NCBI GenBank assembly: GCA_937873535.1
Contig: CALMYA010000035.1
Span: 1-38,954, forward strand
Direction: 5' to 3'
From: an uncultured bacterium
Lineage (GTDB): Bacteria > Patescibacteriota > Minisyncoccia > Phycocordibacterales > CAIZLB01
Length of the DNA: 38,954 nucleotides
Shown here: positions 25,349-33,912 of the stretch, one piece after another
How positions within the stretch are numbered: the first letter of the stretch is position 1
Layout: the number at the start of each line of letters is the position of its first letter
The notes under the pieces: generated by a model
The model's input: only the letters and a program-made list of their open reading frames with translations
Databases searched by the model: none
What the model was told of the DNA's origin: nothing
Program-made: the position numbers and the translations under genes

Positions 25349-26341
25349 ATGACGGACATGCATACAAAATTAACTCGAAAAACATCTATAAAAACCCTTA
25401 TAGCAGCGTCTTTTTTCACTTTTGCCGTACTCGCGGGCGCTCCATCTGCGGCCCAGGCAGAAACCCTGCGTTACGACGGGCCAGCAATTTCTTGGCCTAC
25501 TGTTATTGCGGCTTCAGCCATCGTGTACGACCCAGTTTCAAATTTTACATTTTATGAAAAGGATGCCGATACCGTGCGCCCACTGGCTTCACTTTCCAAA
25601 CTCATGACCGCGGCAGTAGTCGACGACCTTATTTCAAACAACCCGAATCTTGCCAAGAAACTTATTACAATAAAAAGCACGGCGAACGAGAACCCTGCCG
25701 ACGCTAAGCTCATTAAAGGCAGCCAGTGGCTTCCAACAGACCTGCTCAAATACATGCTCATCGGTTCATCTAATAAGGCTGCACAAAACTTGGCCAGCCA
25801 GCTAATTCCTGAATCGAGCTTTATTTCACTTATGAACTTCAAGGCTAAAGCGTGGGGGCTCACGAGCACATCATTTAAAAATGCCAGCGGCCTTTCAACA
25901 GAAGTTAAAACTGTAGTTAAAGGAAAGGTTGTAAAAACTGAAGTGCCGAGCGGCCTTTCAACTGCACGGCAGGCAGCGCACCTTCTATGGAATGTACTAG
26001 AAAAGCATCCGACAATTCTTGACATCACAAATGAAAAAATAGGTCTCTTTACTTCAAGCGCCGATGTTATCCGCATAGAAAATACCGATAAAATTCTTGA
26101 CGAGCTTCCTATTATTGCAGGAAAGACCGGCTACACCGATCTCGCCGGCGCAAACCTTGCCGTCGTCGTTCAGCCTAAGCTCGAGGCTCACCCGCATGTT
26201 ATCGTAGTGTTGAATTCGACCATTGCCGACCGTTTCAAAGATGTTATTGCTTTGGCCTCTTCAACTCCGTATATTCTGAACATTACGAGCACTTCTACTG
26301 TTTCCGTAACTTCAACCGCTTCTTCAACGCTGTCAATATAG
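25349..26341 (+). CDS. Serine-type D-Ala-D-Ala carboxypeptidase (S11 / PBP5-like)
   Basis: Signal/TM segment, SxxK (ASLSKLM), SxN (GSSNKA), KTG (GKTGYT). The start may be ATG 25358 (7 nt after TATAAT). Confidence 0.85.
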   Translation: MTDMHTKLTRKTSIKTLIAASFFTFAVLAGAPSAAQAETLRYDGPAISWPTVIAASAIVYDPVSNFTFYEKDADTVRPLASLSKLMTAAVVDDLISNNPNLAKKLITIKSTANENPADAKLIKGSQWLPTDLLKYMLIGSSNKAAQNLASQLIPESSFISLMNFKAKAWGLTSTSFKNASGLSTEVKTVVKGKVVKTEVPSGLSTARQAAHLLWNVLEKHPTILDITNEKIGLFTSSADVIRIENTDKILDELPIIAGKTGYTDLAGANLAVVVQPKLEAHPHVIVVLNSTIADRFKDVIALASSTPYILNITSTSTVSVTSTASSTLSI

Positions 26342-26360
26342 ACGCACAAGAACATCGAAC

Positions 26361-27428
26361 ATGAATAACCTGACATTTGACGCCATTAAAATTCTCTTGC
26401 CGGCGGTGCTCGCTTTCATGGTAGGAATTGGCCTGACGCCTATGCTTAGCGACTTTATGTATAAGCACAAGCTTTGGCGCCGCTCTTCACGAAGCAAGGT
26501 GAACACCGAGGCTATGTCTCCCGATTTTCAGCGCATCCATAACCAGAACGGAGAGAACTCAACACCGCGTGTTGGCGGCGTCATTGTCTGGATATCTATT
26601 ATCATCACCATTGCGCTCGTCTTCTTGCTCTCGGTATTCTTTCCGAGCGAAACTACAGAAAAGCTGAACTTCCTGAGCCGTAACCAGACACTTCTGCCGC
26701 TGGCCGCGCTTCTATTCGCTTCACTAGTCGGCCTTTTTGATGACTTCATTCAAATTTATGGAACTAAAAATGTCGCCAAAGCGGGGGATGGCCTTCCGCG
26801 ATATTTCCGAATTCTTGTGGTTCTTTTCATAGGCGCTGTCGGCGCATGGTGGTTCTACACAAAGCTCGACTTCGGCATACATGTGCCGTTTTACGGCGAC
26901 GTGAACATGGGCCTCCTGTTCATACCGTTCTTCATGCTCGTGGTGCTCGGCGTATTTTCGGGTTCGGTCATCGACGGCATCGACGGCCTGGCAGCAGGCG
27001 TCATGTGCGCCGCATACGCCTCATTTTTAGTCATCGCACTTTCACAAAACCAAATCGACCTCGCAGCTTTCTGCGCGGTGGTCATCGGAGGCCTTCTGGC
27101 ATTTCTTTGGTTCAATATTCCACCGGCTCGCTTTTACTTAGGAGAAACTGGCATGCTCGGCCTTACCGTGGCGCTTGCTGTTGTAGCCTTTCTTACACGC
27201 GAGGCGCTACTCCTTCCTATAATTGCGTTTCCTCTTTTCATAACTTCAGTTTCCTCAAGCGTCCAAATGTTTTCAAAAAAGTTTTTAGGAAGGAAGGTGT
27301 TTTTGGTTGCGCCGCTTCATCATCATTTCGAAGCACTCGGCTGGCCTTCATATAAAGTGACGATGCGCTATTGGATTATTGCGGTTGTTATGGCTATTTT
27401 TGGGGCGATTATTGCGATTGTTGGATAA
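26361..27428 (+). CDS. mraY: Phospho-N-acetylmuramoyl-pentapeptide transferase
   Basis: GLFDDFIQI, DGIDGLAAG, PLHHHFE. Polytopic membrane protein. Confidence 0.93.
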   Translation: MNNLTFDAIKILLPAVLAFMVGIGLTPMLSDFMYKHKLWRRSSRSKVNTEAMSPDFQRIHNQNGENSTPRVGGVIVWISIIITIALVFLLSVFFPSETTEKLNFLSRNQTLLPLAALLFASLVGLFDDFIQIYGTKNVAKAGDGLPRYFRILVVLFIGAVGAWWFYTKLDFGIHVPFYGDVNMGLLFIPFFMLVVLGVFSGSVIDGIDGLAAGVMCAAYASFLVIALSQNQIDLAAFCAVVIGGLLAFLWFNIPPARFYLGETGMLGLTVALAVVAFLTREALLLPIIAFPLFITSVSSSVQMFSKKFLGRKVFLVAPLHHHFEALGWPSYKVTMRYWIIAVVMAIFGAIIAIVG

Positions 27429-27528
27429 ATTGTTTTTCACATAAAATATGTTATGGTATTGCCATCGGTAAAGCCTCGCTGCTTGATCGATATTAGTTCC
27501 AAACAATCAAACCTAGAAACCCTGACTA

Positions 27529-27771
27529 ATGAATAAGTTTTTAGTTTCGTGCATACTGCTGTTCTTCGTACTTGATACAGCGGTTACACTGTTGCTCTTC
27601 AGCCGGGTCAAGATGGCCTTTATGGAGGGTATTGAGTACCAGAAAAAAGTGCAGGTCCAGGAGGCCCGCATAGCAAAGGAAAGCGAAGCTAAAGCCGCCG
27701 AATCGGCGACTGACAAACTTCGCATACTGGAAGGAACAAGTCCCACGGGCGCGCCACCTGAAAAGCCCTGA
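27529..27771 (+). CDS. Hypothetical small membrane-anchored coiled-coil protein (80 aa)
   Basis: One N-terminal TM segment plus a charged helix. It occupies the dcw-cluster slot between mraY and ftsW. TAGAAA lies 9 nt upstream of the ATG. Function unknown. Confidence 0.45.
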   Translation: MNKFLVSCILLFFVLDTAVTLLLFSRVKMAFMEGIEYQKKVQVQEARIAKESEAKAAESATDKLRILEGTSPTGAPPEKP

Positions 27772-27811
27772 CAAAGCAAAGAACAAAACCACCTGCTATA
27801 ACTCACTAAAG

Positions 27812-27856
27812 AGCGCCGGGCAACTTCCGCAAGAAATCCGGCGCTTTTCAATTTTT
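27812..27856 (+). terminator. Rho-independent terminator
   Basis: AGCGCCGG-N18-CCGGCGCT followed by TTTTCAATTTTT. Confidence 0.7.
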
Positions 27857-27915
27857 ATCTTCATATAAGCAATTTTAGATAAAGCGACATCTTAGGAAGA
27901 ACTATTTAATGTATA

Positions 27916-29025
27916 ATGCACGTAATGACTCCAAAAAAAGTAGACCGTCCGTTCCTCATACTCACATCAATTCTTGTTGTTTTGGGCTATTTAATTTTTT
28001 CTTCTGCAGCGCTAGGGCTTGTCACCAGAAATGCAGGGCTTTTTCAGGCGGTTACGTTCAACCAGGTAGTGCTCGGGCTTATATGCGGCAGCATCGCCGC
28101 GTTTATTTTTTCAAAAATTAGCTACCAGCATTGGCGAACATACGCATTTTATATTTTTCTTTTTTCAGCCCTGATGATGGTTCTTGTTTTCATCCCGCAT
28201 GTCGGCCAATTTCATGGCGGCGCACGGCGCTGGATAGGCATAGGCTCATTCAGCTTTCAGCCGGCCGAATTTTTTAAGATTGGTTTTGTGATGTATGCCG
28301 CAGCATGGTATGCGTCTGTAAAGGCCAAAGCTGCAACCTTGAAATTCGGCGCAGCGCCTTTTCTTGTTCTTATTGCCATTGCCGGTGCCCTCATCTTGGC
28401 GCAGCCTGATACCGACACTTTTCTAGTTATTGCCGTAGCCGGCCTGGCCATATATTTTGCCGCGGGCGCTCGTTGGCGAGACATTCTCATAATGGGTTTG
28501 CTTGGCGCTGTTTTAATTACAGGAATTGCCATGACTCGGCCCTACGTGATGCAGCGCATTCAAACATTCGTTGACCCTTCAAAAGACCCTACAGGCAGCG
28601 GCTATCAAATTCAGCAGTCGCTCATCGCCATCGGTTCAGGCGGCTTATTCGGCCGCGGCTTCGGGCAGAGCATTCAAAAATTTAATTATCTTCCCGAACC
28701 GATAGGGGATTCAATATTCGCTGTAGCCTCAGAAGAATTTGGTTTTCTAGGCTCGGTTTCCATTATTCTTTTATATATTTTGTTCGCATTCCAAGGCTTC
28801 CGCATCGCCCTTCGCGCCCCCGACGCCTTCGGCACATATTTGGTTCTCGGCTTGGTCATTCTTATTACAGTGCAATCATTTTTAAATATTTCAGCCATGC
28901 TCGGTATTACGCCACTTTCAGGTACGCCGTTATTATTCATTTCGCATGGAGGAACCGCGCTGTTCTTTGCGCTGTCGTCGGTTGGAATTATTTTAAATGT
29001 TTCGAGGTATCAGAAGAAGAAATAA
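27916..29025 (+). CDS. ftsW: SEDS-family peptidoglycan glycosyltransferase FtsW/RodA
   Basis: FQPAEFFKI, QPDTDT, GYQIQQSLIAIGSGGLFGRGFGQS, LPEPIGDSIFA. The start may be ATG 27925 (7 nt after TATAAT). Confidence 0.9.
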   Translation: MHVMTPKKVDRPFLILTSILVVLGYLIFSSAALGLVTRNAGLFQAVTFNQVVLGLICGSIAAFIFSKISYQHWRTYAFYIFLFSALMMVLVFIPHVGQFHGGARRWIGIGSFSFQPAEFFKIGFVMYAAAWYASVKAKAATLKFGAAPFLVLIAIAGALILAQPDTDTFLVIAVAGLAIYFAAGARWRDILIMGLLGAVLITGIAMTRPYVMQRIQTFVDPSKDPTGSGYQIQQSLIAIGSGGLFGRGFGQSIQKFNYLPEPIGDSIFAVASEEFGFLGSVSIILLYILFAFQGFRIALRAPDAFGTYLVLGLVILITVQSFLNISAMLGITPLSGTPLLFISHGGTALFFALSSVGIILNVSRYQKKK

Positions 29026-29095
29026 CAAATACCCCATATTCATGAGCATGCGTATCTGCGATATGCTCATGAATATGGGGTATTTGTTATTTCTT
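29017..29095. repeat. Family-B palindromic element (33-bp perfect stem, 13-nt loop), doubling as the ftsW 3' hairpin
   Basis: Arms 29017-29049 / 29063-29095 are perfectly complementary. The loop is GCGTATCTGCGAT. The left arm contains the last ftsW codons and the TAA stop (29023-29025). Confidence 0.75.
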
Positions 29096-29113
29096 TCTAG
29101 TAATTTATAAAAG

Positions 29114-29147
29114 AAAACCCCTCCGCTGTCACTACGGAAGGGTTTTT
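29114..29147. terminator. Terminator of the antisense ORF 29201..29653 (bidirectional geometry)
   Basis: AAAACCCCTCCG-N9-CGGAAGGGTTTTT with one mismatch. T-runs follow on both strands. Confidence 0.6.
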
Positions 29148-29200
29148 CGTTTGTTGAGGGTTGTATTGGGTGACGGAGTGCAGAATAATGACTTAGTACA

Positions 29201-29653
29201 TCATGTATTCCACTCGAACCATAGGGCGCAAGCGGAACCGTTAGTGTACAGATTCAACTGATCGGCGCGGCTTAATGTTTGACGCGGGTTCTTCAAATCG
29301 TAAAAGACTCGCGTTTTCTCATTGAAACCGACCAAACACTTCTTTCTTATGCGAAGCCGTTCATTAGGCAACTCACCCTCCGCTACAAGCCTGCCTGTGG
29401 CTTCTGCTTTCGATATGTAATTCGAGCGGCAAATTACATCAGGCATTGCTGCTGCATTGGGGTTGAAGACGACGTCAATCAAGACGCCGCAAAGGAAACG
29501 ACGTGTTGTCCCAGTTCGGCCGTGGTTCGGAACGAACCATATAGCCATGTCAGGTACGCGCCGCACTGCGACACGCTCAGTAGGTAATACTATTCCATTC
29601 ATAAGACTGTTGCTGTTTAAGTTTTTGGTTAAGGAAGACAGGCCTGCAGACAC
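29201..29653 (-). CDS. Hypothetical protein (150 aa), SD-led orphan, antisense within the mraY-ftsW-murG cluster
   Basis: AAGGAGG lies 11 nt before the ATG, and the gene has its own terminator. No recognisable domain. Confidence 0.55.
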   Translation of the reverse strand: MSAGLSSLTKNLNSNSLMNGIVLPTERVAVRRVPDMAIWFVPNHGRTGTTRRFLCGVLIDVVFNPNAAAMPDVICRSNYISKAEATGRLVAEGELPNERLRIRKKCLVGFNEKTRVFYDLKNPRQTLSRADQLNLYTNGSACALWFEWNT

Positions 29654-29760
29654 ATTCAGAACTATCCTCCTTAACCAAAATCTGTGTAAAGTGCTTCTAT
29701 CTAATAGGTATATTTGTACATTTATTGCCTTCCGTCAATGGTATATGGTATTTGTTTAGA

Positions 29761-29831
29761 AGTCTTAACACAGAGCAGAGGAGGGATATTCTTGAGCATA
29801 TCGCACAGATACCCATGTTCCAAAAAGTCTT
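29761..29831. repeat. Degenerate family-B core flanked by 7-bp direct repeats
   Basis: GAGCATATCGCAcAGATACcCATGtTC (29793-29819) versus the family core GAGCATATCGCAGATACGCATGCTC. AGTCTTA occurs at 29761-29767 and again at 29825-29831. Confidence 0.4.
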
Positions 29832-29859
29832 AGTTTTCCTGTGATATACTTGGATTCAT

Positions 29860-30999
29860 ATGAAGATTTTGATGACAGGCGGCGGCTCGGGCGGCCATTT
29901 TTACCCGATAATTGCCATAGCCGAAGAAATACGCGAAATATGCAAAAAAGAGAGAATTCTCGACCCCGAGATTCTTTTCATGTCGCCGAACAAATACAAC
30001 CCAAAAGAGCTTTTTGATCACGATATAGAGTTCGTACCGGTGGCGGCAGGGAAGCGGCGGGTCAGCCCTTCAGGCGCGAGTAAAATACTCAATTTTATAG
30101 ACATGTTCAAGATGGGCATTGGCGTCATCTCGGCGCTTTTCAAGCTCTATTCTATTTTCCCCGACGTCGTTTTCGCCAAAGGCGGATACACCAGCTTCCC
30201 GGCATTAATGGCTGCACGAATTTTGGGTATTCCAGTTATTATTCATGAATCAGACAGCGTGCCTGGCCGGGTTAACCTTTGGGCAGGGAAGTTCGCACAA
30301 CGAATTGCACTTTCGTACAAAGAAGCTGCACAATTTTTTCCTGCCGGCAAAACTGCTTACACAGGCAACCCGGTTCGCCGCGACCTTCGCCAGCCGCTTA
30401 CCACAGGCGCTCTTGAATATCTTCATCTTGAAACAAATGTTCCAACCGTGCTCATTCTCGGCGGGTCACAGGGCGCACGAGTCATAAACGACGCCGTTCT
30501 TACAGCATTGCCGAGACTTGTCGAGAAATATCAAATACTGCATCAAACAGGCCGAACGAATTTTGAAGAATGCTCACGAACTGCCAACGTGGTGCTGAGC
30601 GAAAACCCGCTTATAGGCCGCTACCATCCGTTCGACTACTTCAACACTTTGGCCATGCGTATGGCCGCGGGCGTTTCATCTCTTGTTATTTCTCGCGGCG
30701 GTTCGCAAATTTTTGAAATTGCATTGTGGGGGCTGCCGAGTATTCTGGTACCAATTACCGATTCAAACGGCGATCATCAGCGAAAAAATTCATATAACTA
30801 TGCCCGCGAAGGAGCGGCAGTTGTCATTGAAGAGGCAAACTTGAGCCCCGAAATCATCATGAATGAAATAAGCAGAATAATGGATAACCCGAAAGTGCTT
30901 GAACGCATGCGAGCTGGTACCAAAAACTTCGCCCGCGAAGATTCAGCGGCGCTCATAGCTCATGAAGTATTAAAAATTGCCCTCAAGCACGAGGTTTAA
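29860..30999 (+). CDS. murG: UDP-N-acetylglucosamine--N-acetylmuramyl-(pentapeptide) pyrophosphoryl-undecaprenol GlcNAc transferase
   Basis: MKILMTGGGSGGHFYPIIAIAEE, HESDSVPG, GGSQGA. An extended -10 (TGaTATACT) lies 9 nt upstream of the ATG. Confidence 0.93.
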   Translation: MKILMTGGGSGGHFYPIIAIAEEIREICKKERILDPEILFMSPNKYNPKELFDHDIEFVPVAAGKRRVSPSGASKILNFIDMFKMGIGVISALFKLYSIFPDVVFAKGGYTSFPALMAARILGIPVIIHESDSVPGRVNLWAGKFAQRIALSYKEAAQFFPAGKTAYTGNPVRRDLRQPLTTGALEYLHLETNVPTVLILGGSQGARVINDAVLTALPRLVEKYQILHQTGRTNFEECSRTANVVLSENPLIGRYHPFDYFNTLAMRMAAGVSSLVISRGGSQIFEIALWGLPSILVPITDSNGDHQRKNSYNYAREGAAVVIEEANLSPEIIMNEISRIMDNPKVLERMRAGTKNFAREDSAALIAHEVLKIALKHEV

Positions 31000-31014
31000 G
31001 AGTAGAACAGAATC

Positions 31015-32562
31015 ATGTCAAATCAAAATAATTCAGAAAACAATGAGCCTAAAAAAGTAGTGACGCGTTTTGCTCCTTCGCCGACAGGCTTCATGCATAT
31101 TGGCGGCGTTCGAACTGCCTTATACGCATGGGCCTTCGCGCGAAAACATGGCGGCGTTTTTATATTGAGAATAGAAGATACAGACAAAGCCCGAGAAGTT
31201 GAGGGTTCAATTGAGCATATTATTGAATCATTAAAGTGGCTCGGCATAGAATGGAATGAAGGGCCTGACATTGGCGGCCCTAATGCACCATACCTTCAGT
31301 CGCAACGCCTTGAAAGCTACAAACAATACGCGAATATTCTTATTGATAAAGGTTTGGCTTATGCCGACCCGTACAGCAAAGAGCAGCTTGAAGATTTCAG
31401 GAAAAAAGCCGAGGTAGAAAAACGCCCATTCTTATACCGAGATCATCGTCCTGAAAACATTGAATCTTTGCCTCGATGGGACGGAACCACAGCCCTTCGC
31501 TTTAAAGTGCCTGAGGTCAAAACATATGAATGGCATGATGAAGTGAGAGGAACGCTTAGCGCCGGCCCGGAAGCACTTGATGACTTCATACTTATAAAAA
31601 GCGACGGCTACCCGACGTATAACTTTGCGCACATAATAGATGACCTTTTGATGGGTACAACCCATATTTTTCGCGGTGACGAATTTATTTCTTCTACGCC
31701 GAAATTTCTTTCAGTATATGACGCTCTTGAAATTGAGTACCCGAAGTTCATAAGCCTTTCTCCCATTCTTGGAGCTGAAGGAACAAAAAAACTTGGCAAG
31801 CGCGACGGTTCAAAAGACATTCTCGACTACAAGCGTGAAGGCTACCTACCTGAAGCCATGATGAATTACCTCGCATTCATAGGCTGGAACCCGGGAGGAG
31901 AAAAAGAAATATTCAGCAAGGAAGAATTTTTGCAGGCCTTTAGCCTTTCGGGCGTCCATACCTCAGGCGGCAAAGCCAGCGAAGAAAAGCTAAACTGGTT
32001 TAACAAAAAGCATCTTGACCTCTTAAGCGATGACGACTTTTATTCTAAGGCAGAGCCTTTTGTTTCGGAAAAGTTACGTTCACAACCATCCTTTGCATCA
32101 AGGTTTCGAAAAATAGTAAGCAACGGCCCAGATGGAGTTCCCGTGCTTCGTGAACGAATTACGCATTTTGGCGATATCTCCAGACTTGAAGAAGAGGGAA
32201 ACTTGTCTTTTTACTTTGAGACTCCATCATATGATGTAAACCTGCTTTTATGCCCTGAGAAGCAGAGAAAAGGCAAAGAGAACATTACGCTGCAAGACTT
32301 GGTACCCGTTCTTGAAGAGCTCAAGAATATAATTTCAAACGCCGACGATGCAACTATTAGCACAATTTCCATAACAGACATCATTATGCCTTACGCCGAC
32401 AAAGAGGGTAGGGGCTTTGTACTATGGCCGCTTCGCATTGCTCTATACGGAAAGGAAGTTTCCCCCGACCCTTTCACTATGATTTCCATTATAGGCAAAG
32501 AAGAAGCTTTGGCACGCCTAATTGCCGCGATTGAAAAAATAACTAATGCTTCAAAAATATAA
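31015..32562 (+). CDS. gltX: Glutamate--tRNA ligase
   Basis: VVTRFAPSPTGFMHIGGVRTALY (HIGH) and KLGKRDG (KMSKS variant). Confidence 0.92.
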   Translation: MSNQNNSENNEPKKVVTRFAPSPTGFMHIGGVRTALYAWAFARKHGGVFILRIEDTDKAREVEGSIEHIIESLKWLGIEWNEGPDIGGPNAPYLQSQRLESYKQYANILIDKGLAYADPYSKEQLEDFRKKAEVEKRPFLYRDHRPENIESLPRWDGTTALRFKVPEVKTYEWHDEVRGTLSAGPEALDDFILIKSDGYPTYNFAHIIDDLLMGTTHIFRGDEFISSTPKFLSVYDALEIEYPKFISLSPILGAEGTKKLGKRDGSKDILDYKREGYLPEAMMNYLAFIGWNPGGEKEIFSKEEFLQAFSLSGVHTSGGKASEEKLNWFNKKHLDLLSDDDFYSKAEPFVSEKLRSQPSFASRFRKIVSNGPDGVPVLRERITHFGDISRLEEEGNLSFYFETPSYDVNLLLCPEKQRKGKENITLQDLVPVLEELKNIISNADDATISTISITDIIMPYADKEGRGFVLWPLRIALYGKEVSPDPFTMISIIGKEEALARLIAAIEKITNASKI

Positions 32563-33874
32563 CAGCAAAAAATCAGTCGTAGCATTAGGCCTGACGCTGA
32601 CACTGGCATTTACTTTTGCAATTTTTGCCGTTCCTCAATTTGCAGGTACAAGTTTCGCTCTCACAAATGAAGAGGAGCTTCAGCAGAAGATTGACGAACG
32701 CAACAGGAACATAGCGGAGCTCAACAAGGAAATTCAGCAATATTCAGAGCTCGTTGATAAAACCGGTAAAGAAGCGCAGACCCTGCAAAACCGCATCAAA
32801 CAACTTGAAGCGAACGCTAAGGCAATAAATGCCGACATTCAAAAAACCCAAAAAAAAATAGACGTGGCAAACCTGACAATTCAGAAACTTGGCATGAATA
32901 TTCAGGCATCGCAAAGCAAAATTGGAGCACTTCAGAACGGCCTTGAAAAAAGCGTACGTGACATTTACGCTGCCGACAATACAAGCATTGTCGAACAGAT
33001 TCTTGCCGGTAAAAGCTTCGGCGAACTTCTGTTTGCTATAGACAGCCAGTTTAGCTTCAACGACAGCATGCAAAATACCATCATGCAGGTAAGGGAGGAA
33101 AAAAAGAAAATAGAAACAAGTAAAACTGAAACCGAATCGCAGAAGAAGGATCTTGTAGCCCTTCAAACAGAGCTTTCAAGCAAAAAGAAAGCCGTCGACT
33201 ATACCAAAAACGAAGAAAACCAGACGCTCAAATCTACGAAGAATCAAGAACAAAATTATCAAAAAATTCTTCAAGATAAGCAGGCGCTAAAGGCCGCTTT
33301 TGAAAAAGAAATTTTCGATTATGAATCACGGTTGAAATATACCGGCAACAAAGGCACATTGCCTGCGGCAGGAACGAGCGCTCTTTCATGGCCTCTCGAC
33401 AATGTGCGCATCACTCAATTTTTCGGCAAATCGGTTGCGGCCTCGAGGCTATATGTTTCTGGTTCGCATAACGGCGTAGACTTCGGCGTACCAATAGGCA
33501 CAACAGTAAAGGCGGCCGGCAGCGGGGTAGTGGCAGGCGCAGGTGACACCGATATTACCTGTAAAGGAGCCTCATTTGGCCGCTGGGTGCTTCTAAAATA
33601 CGATAACGGTCTCGCCACCACATACGGCCATTTGTCTGTGATAAGCGTTACCAAGGGCCAGCAGGTAAAGGTAGGCGACGTTATCGGCCTTTCAGGAAAT
33701 ACAGGCTATTCTACGGGCCCGCATCTTCATATATCTGCCTACGCCGCCGACTCAGTTCAGGTATTAGACCGCCCAAGTGTCTCGTGCGGCGGAAAGGTTT
33801 ATACAATGCCGATATCGCCGGTCGAGGCCTATCTTGATCCTATGTTATACTTTCCGCCATATAACAAGAAGTAA
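32546..33874 (+). CDS. M23-family peptidoglycan metalloendopeptidase with an N-terminal coiled coil (EnvC-like architecture)
   Basis: Signal/TM segment, long coiled coil, HNGVDFGVPIGTTVKAAGSGVV and GNTGYSTGPHLHI. Overlaps the gltX end by 17 nt. Confidence 0.88.
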   Translation: MLQKYNSKKSVVALGLTLTLAFTFAIFAVPQFAGTSFALTNEEELQQKIDERNRNIAELNKEIQQYSELVDKTGKEAQTLQNRIKQLEANAKAINADIQKTQKKIDVANLTIQKLGMNIQASQSKIGALQNGLEKSVRDIYAADNTSIVEQILAGKSFGELLFAIDSQFSFNDSMQNTIMQVREEKKKIETSKTETESQKKDLVALQTELSSKKKAVDYTKNEENQTLKSTKNQEQNYQKILQDKQALKAAFEKEIFDYESRLKYTGNKGTLPAAGTSALSWPLDNVRITQFFGKSVAASRLYVSGSHNGVDFGVPIGTTVKAAGSGVVAGAGDTDITCKGASFGRWVLLKYDNGLATTYGHLSVISVTKGQQVKVGDVIGLSGNTGYSTGPHLHISAYAADSVQVLDRPSVSCGGKVYTMPISPVEAYLDPMLYFPPYNKK

Positions 33875-33912
33875 AAAACCTCTATCACCACTAACTCTTC
33901 AACGAAATATTT

